From Chromera velia (Eukaryota): DNA of 64,000 nucleotides. Position numbers and translations under genes: made by a program. Location: positions 62,001 to 126,000 of the forward strand of contig JAHBMJ010000212.1 of assembly GCA_018398765.1 (NCBI GenBank), read 5' to 3'. The notes beneath the pieces were generated by a model, which had not been told where the DNA came from, did not search any database, and was given only the letters and a program-made list of their open reading frames with translations. Positions within the stretch are counted from its first letter, which is position 1; every line of letters starts with the position of its first letter. Of this stretch, positions 24,883 to 37,975 are shown in pieces.

Positions 24883-25689
24883 AGGGGGGAAGGGGGAGAA
24901 TTGTCGGGCATCAGAAGATGAGAGAGAATATGTTTTTCTTCTCGTTTAATTGAGAAAAGGGAGAGGTCATGCAGAGAGACGTCAATCCGACTGACCTCTG
25001 ACCTTGGATCTCTCGGTGTGGAGTCGCCCTCCTTACCTCGCTCACAGAGGTTTGCCCTCCTTCTTTAGAGTGGAGTGAGACAAGCACATGACTTCCTTTG
25101 AGGGGCATGCATCATTGTTTCTTTCTGTACACGCATGACTGACAGAGGCAATTCTGCCTCGATCCGGAGAGTTCGGTGAGAAGAGAGGAGACGCCTCTTC
25201 GGATTCATGCAGGCTTCTTTCCTTCTTTCCTGCATTGAATTAATGTAGAGACAACTAGAAACAAAAGGAGTACACACAGGACGAGCCGTGCCTTCAGGCC
25301 AAAAACAGGAATGAAGGACGGACTCTGCAGCAAATATCTTTCGACCTTAAATGCTTGATTTTTTTGTTGCGCTGACACTTGACTCGTATCTCCCGTGTGC
25401 TTAGGGATCACTGTCTCGCTTTCATTTGGTCCGTTCTTTGTGCTTGTTCTTTTCCCCTCTGTTCCTTCCTTGCTTCCCTCCTTCGCTTTTTTGCTTGCTT
25501 GGTTGGTTTCCTTTTTCGCCTCCTTTTTTGATTCCTTCACTCTTTCTTTTTGTGCTCTCATGCATTCATTCTTTCCCTCCTCCCTTCTTTCTTTCCTCGT
25601 TTGCTTCTTTCGTTGCTTTCCTTTTATCCTTGCTTGTCTCTTGTTTTTTTTACTGCCTTCCTTCCTTTTTTGCATCACTACTTTTTTGC

Positions 25690-26130
25690 CTCCTTGCTCT
25701 TTTTCGTGCTCCCTTTTCCTCCCTTCATTCCTTCCTTCGTTCCTTCCTTCCCTCCCTCCTTCCTTCCTTCCTTCCTTCCTTCCTTCTTTCTTTCCCTCCT
25801 TCCTCCCTCCCTTCCTTCCTTCCTTCCTTCCTTCCTTCTTTCCTTCCTTCCTTCTTTCCTTCCTTCCTCCCTCCCTTCCTTTCTTCCTTCCTTCCTTCCT
25901 TCCTTCTTTCCTTCTTTCCTTCCTTCCTTCTTTCCTTCCTTCCTTCCTTCCTTCTTTCCTTCCTTCCTTCCTTCCTTCCTTCTTTCATTCCTTCCTCCCT
26001 TCCTTCCTTCCTTCCTCCCTTCCGTCCTTCCTTCCTTCCTTCCTTTCTTCGTTGCTTCTTTCCTTCCTTTCTTTTTTGGCCTTCATTTATCTTTTTCTTT
26101 CTTTCTTTCTTTCTTTCTTTTTTGCCTCCA
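25690..26130. repeat. (TTCC)n / pyrimidine-rich microsatellite
   Basis: Long ttcc/cttc tract within a wider pyrimidine-rich region (25430-26500). Confidence 0.9.
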
Positions 26131-26525
26131 TTCCTCTCCCGTTCCCTTCCTTCTTTTCCTTTCTGACTTGCTTCCTGCCTGCTTTTCTCCGTATTATCTT
26201 TCCCTCGTTCCATTTTTTCCTTTCTGACTTGCTTCCTTCCTGCTTTCCTCCGTATTCTCTTTCCCTCCTTCCTTTTTTTCTTTTTTGCCTTGTCGCTCCC
26301 CCTGCTTTCTTTGTACTTTCATTGCCCCTTTCTCACCTTCATTCCGTTCTTCCCCGCGTATCCTTTTCGTACTTCGTTTTTCTCCCTCCGTTCTTCGTGC
26401 CCTTCTCCCTTCTGTTTTTCCTTCTTTTCCTCAGGCTCCCTCTTCCCCGTATTTGCTTCCCGGATCCTCCACCACCCCGGCCCCTCTTATTTTTCCCGAG
26501 CTGACTCTACGCGTGTGCTCGCGTT

Positions 26526-26563
<38 letters not shown>

Positions 26564-27733
26564 GGGGGGGTGGTCCGTTCTCTTTCTCTTTCTCTCTTTG
26601 TGAAGGGCGGACAGCGTGAAGGTTGCTTTGTCACTCTCCCTCCTTCTTCGTTCCCTTTCCCTCCCCCTCAAATCTGCAGTACTGTTGCTTTCGTACAAGC
26701 CCGCTTCCCTCCTCGTCACTTTCCCTGCATGCGGCCCTTTCCGTCTGCATTGCGCTCTTCCGTGCTCTCTCTTTTTCTTTCTCCTCTTCGTGCATGCCCC
26801 CCCTCCCCCCTCTCGATCCTTTAATTGCTGATCGATTGAGTCTTCCCCTTTTTCTGCTTCTCGGCCTTTTGAATGGCCCTTTTAAAGGGCGTTTTTCTTC
26901 CGAGTGAAGTTTAGACAAAGACGTTGTCTAAACTTGACTCTAAAGCCAGAAATCTATTCAAGTAGTTTTGATTTAACTTTTGAATATATCCAAGTAGATG
27001 CGTTTTATATGATGCATCTTAGGGCGCATCATGCCGTGCATGATCAATGCGGCATCATAATTATAATTAATGATAAGTAGTGGTGATATTCTGTTAAGAT
27101 ATTCTGGTGGTTATAATTACTTGTGACCTCCCTGAACCTAACTACCACTACACTGTCTGTATAAGAGTAACGGCTCTAGAATAGAAACGAGGTGGCCGCC
27201 AGGCCGCCGAGTTACAGTTTTTTAGTAACTGAAGCTTTAAAATGGTGAATTACGGAAAAACAGTAACGCAGCCCACTGATAATAGCCTGATATACGATTA
27301 TTTAGTTCTCCATATCAAATGCTAGGAAAAAGACTGAATTCAATCTGTTTAAAACTTGTTTTTCGACGTCTATCGCTACCTTTACTGTAGGCTTTACATT
27401 CAAAAGTTTGACAAAAAAATATAAAAGATTGACCTTGCAAGCCCTTTCCATCCCCTTCAGGCCCCTTCCCTTGTAGTCTTCTTAACTGCTGGCTTTAGCC
27501 TTTGCCTTGCCTTTTGGCCTTCCTCTGCCCTTCGCCTTTGCCTTTGCGGGCCATGGCGGCAGAGGGCTACTTTGAGAAAGACGAACTCGAAGATGCCTAC
27601 CCTGATCTAGCTACTAGCCCTGCACTAGGCTCTGCAGAAACAGCTCGCTCTCTGCAGTTCGCAAAGAGAGGGTGCAGTTCGCAACACATACAGACCCACA
27701 CAGTCACACACATACACACACACACACACACAT

Positions 27734-27778
<45 letters not shown>

Positions 27779-29080
27779 AAAGCTTGTTTGGAAATGTTAA
27801 AGAAGAGAAAGCAGGTATGGAAGAGAAACGGTGTTGCATCGCACAGAAGTGACTCATCTACAGACGACAAGGTTGTTGGCATCTCTTGCTTTGGCCTCTG
27901 CTTTCACACTACTGAGCTTTGGCCAGCTTATCATTGATCCTAGCTTTCAATTTTGAAATATGTCCATAATCGCATAATCTATAATCAATGAGAAGTGATA
28001 TCATATTTAAGGGGGGGTATCTCTAAATAATTTGAAGTAATCATCACCAAATCTGTCATAAAACAGCTTTACTAGCTCCATTTAATACTTTTGATATGAT
28101 AATTAGCGAGTAAACAAGTTTTTTTTAGTGGTTTACTATTCTTTCATATTAGGATATAGGATTGTAATTTATTAAGTCAATCCCCCTAGTGCCACAGCAC
28201 TCGGATGGATCATCCTGGCGTGAACGTCCACGACCATCGAGGAGGGTCTCCAGCTATGTCTTGAGGCAGCAACTGGGCATCGGCAGGCCTATACAGGTCG
28301 AATCACTACATTTCTTCCCCGGCGGAGACCTTGAGAAAAAAGGTCAGTCGCTCGCCTCATCGCTTGCATTGTCTTCTTCATACTCATTGCGTCTCCGGCG
28401 CTCGCCGCCCACTCTTCCCCCAACGCCCTGTATGCGCAGACGGTGAAGGGAATCCCTTGGAGCGCCCTACCCCCTACTATCTCCAACGCACACATCCAGA
28501 GAGTCAGATGTTCTGGTTTTTCCGTCTCCCCCTCCTTCTCATCAGAGGCCTGGGCAGCCGGTACAGCGCACAGCACCGATCCACCGAGGGGGCTCACTAA
28601 ACGTTTCTGCTAGGATCGCTACCGCTGGCTCCATTCCTCCAACGTCCCCCTTTTAACTTCACACGACCTCCGCCGTCTAGATTTGCTGCCACTCTTTCCG
28701 TGGGATGCATATTTGTTGGCAGGGCTTGTAGATAAACGGGCGTATACAGGCTTCTTCCGCCCCCCATCATCTAAAGCAGACAAAAAAGAAGAAAACCCAA
28801 AGAGAAGACACAGAGTAGCACCCTGTTTCTCAGCACAAAGAGCAGATAGACAGCTGGGCCAGGTGGTGGCTAGTCACGTCCAAACCCCCTTCACTATTCC
28901 TCCCGCCTCCCCCCCGCCTCACACAAGCCTCCACACCCGCCCTAACACCCGCAGCCCCCAGCACGCAGCATTCTTTGTCGGGGGACTGCTACGACTTAAC
29001 TTTAAGAAGAGTTACCGCGCACAGCAACTGTTCCCAGCCGGTTCAATCTATTGTGTCGGACAGACGCATATCAGCATATA

Positions 29081-29548
29081 CAACAGGCTGGGCCGGGAGC
29101 AGCAGGTCAAAGAGGCGGTGGTGCACGAAGAAGGAGGGGGGGAGCAGGGGCCGTGGGGCAACCGGTGAGCAGATGAAAGAAAGAAAGAAATGCTGTGATG
29201 GTCTTATGTTGACTAAATTGTTATGATTGATACGATCATATAAATTTAATTATGGGATTTTCCAATTTTTTCAAGCTTTTTTGATTACTAATTTTTGACT
29301 ATAAATAGTGAATAACTTGAGACTAGCACCTAATGTGAGCGTAAATATTGATTTAAACTATTTAAAAACACTACTAAGGCATAGATTCTATAATAAAACG
29401 TTCTAAAAATGCATTAAAGCCTGATTTAAAGGCATAAAATATAAAAAAAATGAGGTTTCTATTAATTGAAAGTAAACTTGTTTTTGAACCTGATTCAGGT
29501 TCATTACTTCGAAATGAACCTTGAACCTTGAACCTTTTCCTAGCACTA
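29081..29548. repeat. Dispersed ~470-bp repeat; second copy inverted at 60077-60553
   Basis: caacaggctgggccgggagcagcagg...ttgaaccttttcctagcacta matches the reverse complement of 60077-60553 along its length. Confidence 0.9.
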
Positions 29549-30597
29549 CCTCTGTTCTCTGTTTTTCCAGCTTCAGAAGTCGAATCAATTTGTCTTTATC
29601 TGTGAGGAGACGGAAGGCTGATTTCATAAATCTCAGTATCCCAGCTCTCCATCTTTTGAAAACTAAGAACACTTTCAGCTCAACCATATCTTCCAGCCCA
29701 GTGTCACTTCGGTGTGGGCAGAAGACTCTTTAAACAAAGTGGACGGCTTTGCAAACAAGGATGTGCCGCCAATGGCATCTTCGCAAGAAAATCCCAACAG
29801 GTTGCCTCCGTGGCCATAAAAGATATTTACAGAGCAGGAGGCAGGAGACGGCCAGATGGTTAACAGAAAGGAATAGGGACAAGGCTATCACCCATCCCGT
29901 TGGTGTGATAACTGTCAGCTAGGCAGCTAGAAGGAGGAGCTACACAGTGGCCGGCAGCTCGCTCCGTCCCGCCATCTGGTGTGAGAATGGGGAAATCTCA
30001 CCAAGCCGTCTCCCTTCGGCAGTGACAATATGAGATCTCAGCCATTTTTGGGCCGTTTTCTCTCAAACTTGTACATACCAGCTGATCAATAGATGCAAGC
30101 TGGCCTGTGGTGTGTATGTTAAACTTAAATATTATGTATTAAAAAAAATTGGCGCCGAAGGCGCCAAGTTACGGAAAAACCGTAACGAAAAAAGTCGTAA
30201 TCCATAATTTCCTCACAGACCCCCATCGTAACCCTTATACGGACAGTGTAACTACTATTTAAAAGTTCAAGCTGCATTTTTGAATAAGCTTGAAAGTCCT
30301 GTGGATCATTTATGGTGTCTTGAAAGCCAAAACCGTATATCTGGATGATGTCTTGACCATCTACGCCGCAGGCGTGGACGGTCTCTTGAAAAATGATGCC
30401 GCAGATAGAGACCATCTTTAATAATACTTTTTTAAGTGGCACTTAGGTTCAGGAAGGTTTTACTTGTAGTACTAGTGGAATTAATAAGTCCATTAAAAAG
30501 CTAAAGAACTAGGAAAAAAGACTGATCTTTTTTTTTTGTACTTTATATCACCGGGTTAAATCTCCTAGGATTTTTTTTATAATTTTTTGTATGTTCG

Positions 30598-30628
<31 letters not shown>

Positions 30629-30987
30629 TAGGCTTAGGCATCCCCAAACTAACGGACATAAGTGATAAGTAATTTAGTGGTGCCTTAGAGCACTGTCATC
30701 ATTTTGTCTTATAGAGGTCGCCCCCGCAAACAGCAGGGAGCCACATGATCACAGCAGTCATCCTCTGAGTTGAAAAAATAGACGCACATTCTAGACGTAT
30801 CACAGTAAAAAAAAAAGTAAACCAGAATTGGCTTAAATTATTTTTTTCTCTTTTTTTTTTGCACAACACCTAAGCAACACTTGTGCAACACCAAAACAAT
30901 ACTTCTGCAACATTTGAACAACAGTTGTTTGTCACGTAACATCCTCGGGCAAAAAAAAAAATTAAGCGAGAACGGGCTTAAATTATA

Positions 30988-31018
<31 letters not shown>

Positions 31019-34000
31019 AAAAAAAAATTCTCTCCGATAAGCCTAGCGCATATTGCAATGATGCAGAGGATTATTTGAAGCAAAAGCAGCAACATGTAAA
31101 CTAGAGAGACATATAAAGCTGGACATAAAAAAATACTGAAGTGGTTAGAGAGGCTAAAGAAATTTTTAAGAGAGGGAGTAGAAGCATGTGGAAGCCAGAG
31201 TGGAAGCGGCTACTACGTCGGCTATAGGCATGCAGCCAGCTCTAAATGGCAGCCACCGAAAACTAATATAAGCAGCTGGAGGAAGAGGTATTGAGGAAGA
31301 AGAGACTTATGTCAGAGAGCTGGTTTTGTTCATCTTAGACCGGGAGCCGAAGAAGGCAAGTGCATTAATCGAAGCTTCTTTAAAATTGAAATGAGTGCAC
31401 GCGCATCTTATGTAGTCGTTTAGCCTTTAGCTTCAGTATAGGAAGGGCATTGACTTAAAGTTTGTTCCTAGTATCTGGCCTATGCGTCTTTTGTCTCTTT
31501 CTTCTGTCCTGGTTACTGCTCTCGCTGCTAGCTCTCTCTCTCATGCGACTTCATACTTGACGCTCTTCCGTCCGAATGCCTTCTTCGGCATTTGCTAAGT
31601 ACTTCCTATCCCTCAGTCATGACCAGCGCACTGCCTACTCCTTCTTCCTTCCAGTCCTCCTCCTGCACTCCTCTGATCCCCCAAACGCACGCGCTTGCCG
31701 CTTTCAAGTGGGCAATCTGCAGTGGGGCTCGGATTTGGCCGTACGTCTTGCTCACGTGTTGCCCCCATTTCTCACTCAATCGCTCTGCCACCCTCTTCAA
31801 GAACATTTTAGCCTCCCCTTCCATCGTTCCGTCGACCATACTCACGAGTAGGATGAAGTCACACCCTCTGTCCGCGCTTGTCTGCCCATGTTTCCTCTTC
31901 TTTTCTTCTGCTGCTGCTTTGAGGGCTTGAGTCCAGGTCACCTTCTCCCTCGAGGTGGCGTGTGGGTTTATCACCTTGGTATCGAAAATTGCCAGCCTCT
32001 GTGGAGTATAGGCCCCCCAGACTTGGAAGTCCCCCCTTAGCGCCGAACATCGCTATACCTCCCCTTCCTCCCTAATGATCGGCTCCTTTGCGTGGACCGC
32101 TCCCGCGGGATATGCTTCCGCTGCTAGACTCGCCCATGTGCAGTTGACTTCATCATGTCGCAGCGTGGGCAGTCCCCCTACTGGGCAGTTAAGGGCATGT
32201 TGTAGACTCCACTTTCCCCCACATCCCTCACATCAGCTCTTCTCCCCCCCTACCCTCCCCTGATATCGGATTGTCATCGCATTTCGGAATTCGTCTGGGC
32301 TGAGATTTACTCCGTGTTCCTTCAGGGGGGTGGCCGTCAGCCATCCTGACTGCCTCTTTTCTTTTGACTGCCTGACTTCCTCACACTGGTCCTCACTGGC
32401 TGCCTGCCCTGACTGGCTGCTTAACCTCTCTTACTCCTTCTCTACTGCTTCTTTTACTGCTTCTTTATGGGCTGCCCTTACCTTCTGCCCCCTCTTCATG
32501 TGCTCATCTGCATCTATATCTTCTTCGCGAAGGATGGGCTCTGTAATCGCTTCACTGGCTGCAGCTGAGGTCTTGTAGTCCCTGTCTGCTGTTTCGGTGG
32601 GTTTGGGGATGCCTAGGCCTTGCAGTCGGACCGAAAGGGCGGCAACGTCTCTCAGTCACACGTCATGCTGGGTGGGGGGCCCTCCGTTCCGTCGTCCTTT
32701 CATCAGGATGGGGATAAGGCAGTCTCTGATCATGCCTTCCAGCTGCCCCATCTGTCCCTCCACCCCTGGCACTACCCGCGCCACAAACTTCCATTCGTAT
32801 TGCAGGGATTTGGAACAGGCTGCGTATGCTTCATGTGGGGTAAATTCTGCTGCTGTTGCGACTCTCTCTACGTTTCTAGCCCACTCCTTCACCTTTTCCT
32901 ACACCCATTTCTCTCTGTGTGCATCCATGCCTACGTGCCCTCCTAGGAGATGCATCCCCTCTACTATTTGCAGGTTGGGGAACTCTACAAAAATCTTCTT
33001 GGCTTTCTGTATAAATTGTGGGAGCACTGTAAGGATCAACTTGTCCACCTCCACTACATACCCTGCCATGGGCCCCCTCTTAACTAACTTGTGTAGCCAT
33101 GCTCGCAGCTGGCGCAACCAGCCGGTATTGGACACGTCATCCGCATACCAGAGCTGGTGCCAGTATCTTTGGAAGGGATCGGGCTCCTGCTGCTGTTGCT
33201 TTTTCTTTTCCGTTCCGGCTGCCACCTCTGCACTCCATCTATCTGCTATGAAAAACGAGTCGCTTCCGTTTTGGGCCGACGCGAAGGCGGCTGAAGAGGA
33301 CGATGCTGTGCGATGCGAATCGCCAAGGGGTGGGGCTGGTGGGCAAGCTGAGGGGAGGTTCGAGTGGAGGGAGGAGGGGGAGGTCCTAGAGGAGGAGGAT
33401 GAAGAGGACGACAAGGAGGAAGAGGCATGGAGGGAGGAGGAGGAGGAGGAGGAGGAGGAGTAGGAGTAGGAGTAGGAGGAGGAGGAGGAGGGGGAGGGGG
33501 AAAAGGGGGAGGATGAAATAGGGGAGGAAGCTGAAAATGATGAAAAGGCGGCTGCCTGTCTACCTGCTAGTCTACCTGTCTTGTGTATCGGGTTGTCCTC
33601 TCTTCCTGTCTGGTTAGGTATATGAGTGGTTGTGGCGGTGGGTGTATGCTCTTTGGCTTCCTGTCTTCTGTCTCTCGCCCCTGTCTGTTTCTCCCTATTT
33701 GTCTGGCTGCTCTTGCTTGCCTCTGGCTGATTCTCTCTGTCTGCCTATCTGCTCCCAGTTGCCCGTGACTGATTCTCTCTGTCCGGCTGGCTGCTCTCAC
33801 TCGTTCCTAGCTGTGTCTCTCTGTCTGCCTGTCTGCTCTCACTCGCCCCTGACTGATTCTGTCTATCCGGCTGGCTGCTCTCATTCGTTCCTGGCTGTGT
33901 CTTGCTGTCTGCCTGTCTGCTCTCACTTGCCCCTGTCTGATTCTCTCTGTCCGGCTGGCTGCTCTCACTCGTTTCTGACTGTGTCTTTCTATCTGCCTGT

Positions 34001-35612
34001 CTGCTCTCACTCATCTTTGTCTGTTTCTCTCCGGCTGCCTGGCTGCTTCCGCTTGCTTCCGACTGTTTCTCGCTTTTCATCCGCCCGCTTCCACTGCCTT
34101 GGAGAGATCAGACGAGGGGGAGGATGGGGATGGCGTACCCTGCCATCGACATCGGGTCCCCTTTCGTTCATCCCTCTCTGCTGCTGATGGTGGTGGTCCC
34201 ATGGGTTCCTCTTAGGAAGAGCTCTGCATCCCCCCTATAGCAGTTGAAGAGGAATGTAGAGGCTCTAGGCCAGAGTATGCGAGCATTCCACAGCCCTGCT
34301 GTGCGATTTCCTACGTTCAACTTGAAGGCGTTTTCGGCGTCTATTAGGACGGTTCCGAATGCCTTCTCGGGATCGTCACCAGCTTCCTATATGAGGGTCT
34401 TCCAGAGCTCCCTCACTGCATGAATCTCCCCTTCCAGGCCTCCCATGAGGCCACTGTACAGCTGATCAGCTCCACATGCCTCCTGCAGTTCCTCTCTAGT
34501 CTCTTTCATAACTGCGTTTCTGAGGAGGCACCTGATCGCCTCCCCGATTCCTATCGGGCACATCCCAGGGCATTTGTCTAGCGCAACCAGTCGGCATGCC
34601 ATGAGTGCCTTCACTTGGTCCTACTCGAACACCCTCCTCCCCATTTTTGTTACTAAGTTTGCGAGTGTTTCCCTTAACTCTCTACTCTCCCTCCCTAGGC
34701 TGAGGACTACGGTGCGGAGCTGTGTGCTATCGAATCCAGACGGCCTTACGCTGCCTTGGAGGCGGCGTGCTACTGCGGCGATGTCCTCTTCGGTGATTAG
34801 GAGGGGTGTGAGGGTAGGGAGGCCCTCTCTAGGCATCGCTTCTAGTGTTGCTGCTTAAGGTGTTTTTCCGGGGAGATGTTTGGCTTTCAGAGTCTCTGCT
34901 ACCTGGTAGGTTTGTCTTCTCTTGGTGAAGATATCTTCTCCGTCCAGGACTCCCCCTTTCTCTTGGCCTGTCAGTATCTGTGTTCCCCTCCTCATCTCCC
35001 CTACCTGGATGAAGTTTCAAAATTTCTTCATCTTGGGGAGGCCTGCTGCCTTCTCAAGTTCTTCCCTTTTTAATTGGCTCTCGCTCTCCCCCCTCCTGCT
35101 ACTGCTGTAGGCTCTCCTGCTAATTTTAGTTGCCTTTTGAAGGAGGGTTTCTCTTCTCTTCTCCCCCTGCTCCCACAAATCTAGCCTGCTTTTGATGGTC
35201 TCCCGTACCTTCTTTGCCTTTTTGATATGGGGGTCCCTCCGGAGGGTAAGGTCTAGCATCAGCAGGAGCGCTTCACTTGGGTTGTCCCCGCTCCTAATCC
35301 CTGCAATTAGGGATTGTGTCAGCCATACTAGCCTCCTCCCTGTGCTCTTTTTGGGGAATGCGTACCTAGATGCGTACTGCCCGCTGGGGTGTAGACGCTG
35401 TGCACGCCTCCACTCTCTCTCCCACCTTCCCTGTGCGAGGGGGAGCTTCTTTCGTGGCTCCCTGGGAGCCCCATAGGCTGCTTCCATGAAGCGGTCGGCC
35501 TCCTCTCTTATCAAGGGGCACTTCTCTTCCTCGGCCGCTTGTATGCCTGCGTTTACCTCGCTTTCCTTCTCTCTCAGCGGTCGATCATGCGGGACCTTGC
35601 GTAGGGGGCCCC

Positions 35613-36094
35613 TTTGGTCTTCTTTTGCTGTTGTTTGGCTGCATGGGGGGCATCAGCTGTCTTCTCTTGCTGCTGTTTGGCTGCATGGAAAGCCTTGGCC
35701 GTCTTCTTTTGCTGCTGTTTGGCTGTGCGGCAGGCCTCGGCCGTCTTCTCCTACTACTGTTTGGCTGCACGGGGGGCCTCGGTCGTCTTCTTCTGCTGCT
35801 GTTTGGCTGTGCAGTGGGCCTCGGCCGTCTTCTCCTGCTGCTGTTTGGCTGTACGAGAGGCCTCGGTCGTCTTCTCCTGCTGCTGTTTGGCTGCTCGGGA
35901 GGCCTCGGTCGTCTTCTCCTGCTGCTGTTTGGCTGCGCAAGGGGCCTCGGTCGTCTTCTTCTGCTGCTGTTTGGCTGTACGGGGGGCCTCGGCCGTCTTC
36001 TCCTGCTGCTGTTTGGCTGTACGAGGGGCCTCAGTCGTCTTCTCCTGCTGCTGTTTGGCTGCGCGGGGGGCCTCGGCCGTCTTCTCCTGCTGCG
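35613..36094. repeat. 39-bp tandem repeat (~12 copies) inside the retrotransposon ORF
   Basis: Unit cctcggccgtcttctcctgctgctgtttggctgNNNNNN; the 39-bp length preserves frame. Confidence 0.9.
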
Positions 36095-36576
36095 GCTTCT
36101 CGGCAGATGCGGTTCACTCTGATTAGCGCCTCGCTGTATGCCTGCCAAGGCACCTCCCCCTGCTGGCTGCTCCTCCTCACTTTTATATGTAGGAAACGCT
36201 GAGAGACATCCGGGTAGAAGTTGCAGACCAGACATACGGTGATCTTCGCCCCTTTTCCTTGGCTGAAGTGAAAGCTTAGGTCCATGTGACTGTTTCATGG
36301 CCCTCTGGTGGTTTGGTACCGCCAAATCGGAGTTGTTTGAAGAACTCCCGCCCCCTGCTGGTTTCTCCTGTGGGCTGCCAGCCGGGCACTAGCTTCTGTG
36401 TGTCTCCAGTTCCTCCCCACAGGTAGAGCTCGATTTGCTTTTTGCTGACGTTGATGACCTTTTCTAAGTATTTCTCTCCCCCTTCGTTGGCTCCGGCAGT
36501 TACTACTACCACGTTCCCTTCTCGCGGGGGCCTTTCGGATGGGGGGTCCTGGCCTATGGCTGCGGGAGAGAGTGCT

Positions 36577-36648
36577 GAGGAGGAGGAGGAGGAGGAGGAG
36601 GAAGAAGAGGAGGAGGAGGAAGAGGAGGAGGAAGAGGAGGAGGAAGAG

Positions 36649-36692
<44 letters not shown>

Positions 36693-36740
36693 GGAGGAGG
36701 GGGCAGAAGTGGAGGAACTAGCGGAAGAGGAGGACGAGGA
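36577..36740. repeat. (GAG/GAA)n trinucleotide tract
   Basis: Direct observation. Confidence 0.95.
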
Positions 36741-37319
36741 GTCTCAGCCGCCCCCCTCCCCTTCATTGCTTCGGTCTTTGTCTCCAGGTCTGGGGCCCTG
36801 GGGTAGGAGAGCGCTTGGCGGTGGAGGGGGGGTGTCTAGTAGAGTGTTGTGGAGGTTCTGACATGTTCTTGTGCCGGAGGGGTAGGCTTGGGTGTCTGCT
36901 GGAGCTTGGAGGGGGCAGATGAGACCGTTTGTGCTGCACGGTCTCCCTTGCCGGACACATTGGCACGAGGTGCACCTTCCCCCCAACCTATGGCATGCAC
37001 AGCATTCGCTCGTCCTTGCCTCTTGCGAGTTCCAGGATGGGGGGGTGGGTGTTTTGGTGCTGTGTCTGGCTGCTGTGCCTTCATCTTCGCTGTCCAAATG
37101 CTCTGAGTTAACCAAATCAGGGGGTTCGTCATCCTTTTCCTCTTTCTCCCTTTCCTCGCCGCCCCGCCTCTCCTTCCATGTCCTTTTAAAGCGCCGCTCG
37201 CGGACTCTCTTGTCCGCTACCTATTTACACCTTTCGAGAGGGTTTATTGGGGCTTCGTCCGGCACTCCTAGGTACCCCTTTGGGGGGGTGGGGGTCTCGA
37301 CTGGTATATCACTGAGGCT

Positions 37320-37975
37320 TTTGGGGGTTTGCGTATGTGTGTGTGTATGTGGGGTTGTGTATGTGGGGTGAGTGTTTGCGGGGGTGCTGGTGGTTGGAAA
37401 AGGGCTGCCTCTGGGGTGTCGCTAAGGCTTTCTGGGGTCTGTGGGTGTGTGTGCGTGTATGCAGGGTGGGTGGCTTCGGGGATTCTGGTGGTTGGAAGGG
37501 GGCTGCCTCTGGGGTGTTGCTGAGGCTTTCTGGGGTCTGTGGGTGTGTGTGCATATGTGTGTGTGTATGCGGGGTGGGTGGCTTCAGGGGTTCTGGTGGT
37601 TAGAAGGGGGCTGCCTCTGGGGTGTCGCTAAGGCTTTCTGGGGTCTATGGGTATATGTGCGTGTATATGCATGTATGCGGGGTAGGTGGCTTCGGGGGTT
37701 CTGGTGGTTGGAAGGGGGGCCCGGCTGCCTCTGGGGTGTGGCTGACGCTTTCTGGGGTCTGTGGATGTGTGTGCGTCTGTATGTGTGTATATGGGGTGGG
37801 TGGCTTCAGGGGTTCTGGTGGTTGGAAGGGGGGCCCGGCTGTCTCTGGGGTGTTGCTGAGGCTTTCTAGGGTCTGTGTATGCATATATATGGGGTGGGTG
37901 GCTTCGGGTGTTCTGGTGGTTGGAAAGGGGCTGCCTCTGATGTGTTGCTGAGCTTTCTGGGGTCTGTGGGTGTGT
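37320..37975. repeat. ~110-120 bp G-rich tandem repeat (~6 copies) upstream of the RT ORF
   Basis: Unit tggcttc.ggggttctggtggttggaaggggg..ctgcctctggggtgt.gct.aggctttctggggtctgtgg plus a gt-rich spacer. Confidence 0.85.

Noticed and set aside
27120..30530. Possible large TIR element (cctgaacctaa at ~27135 versus ttaggttcagg at ~30445)
   Set aside because: The match is too short and has no TSD, so boundaries cannot be supported.
35613..36094. 39-bp array as a CRISPR array
   Set aside because: The variable part is only ~6 nt, there are no unique spacers or cas genes, and it lies inside a eukaryotic retrotransposon ORF.
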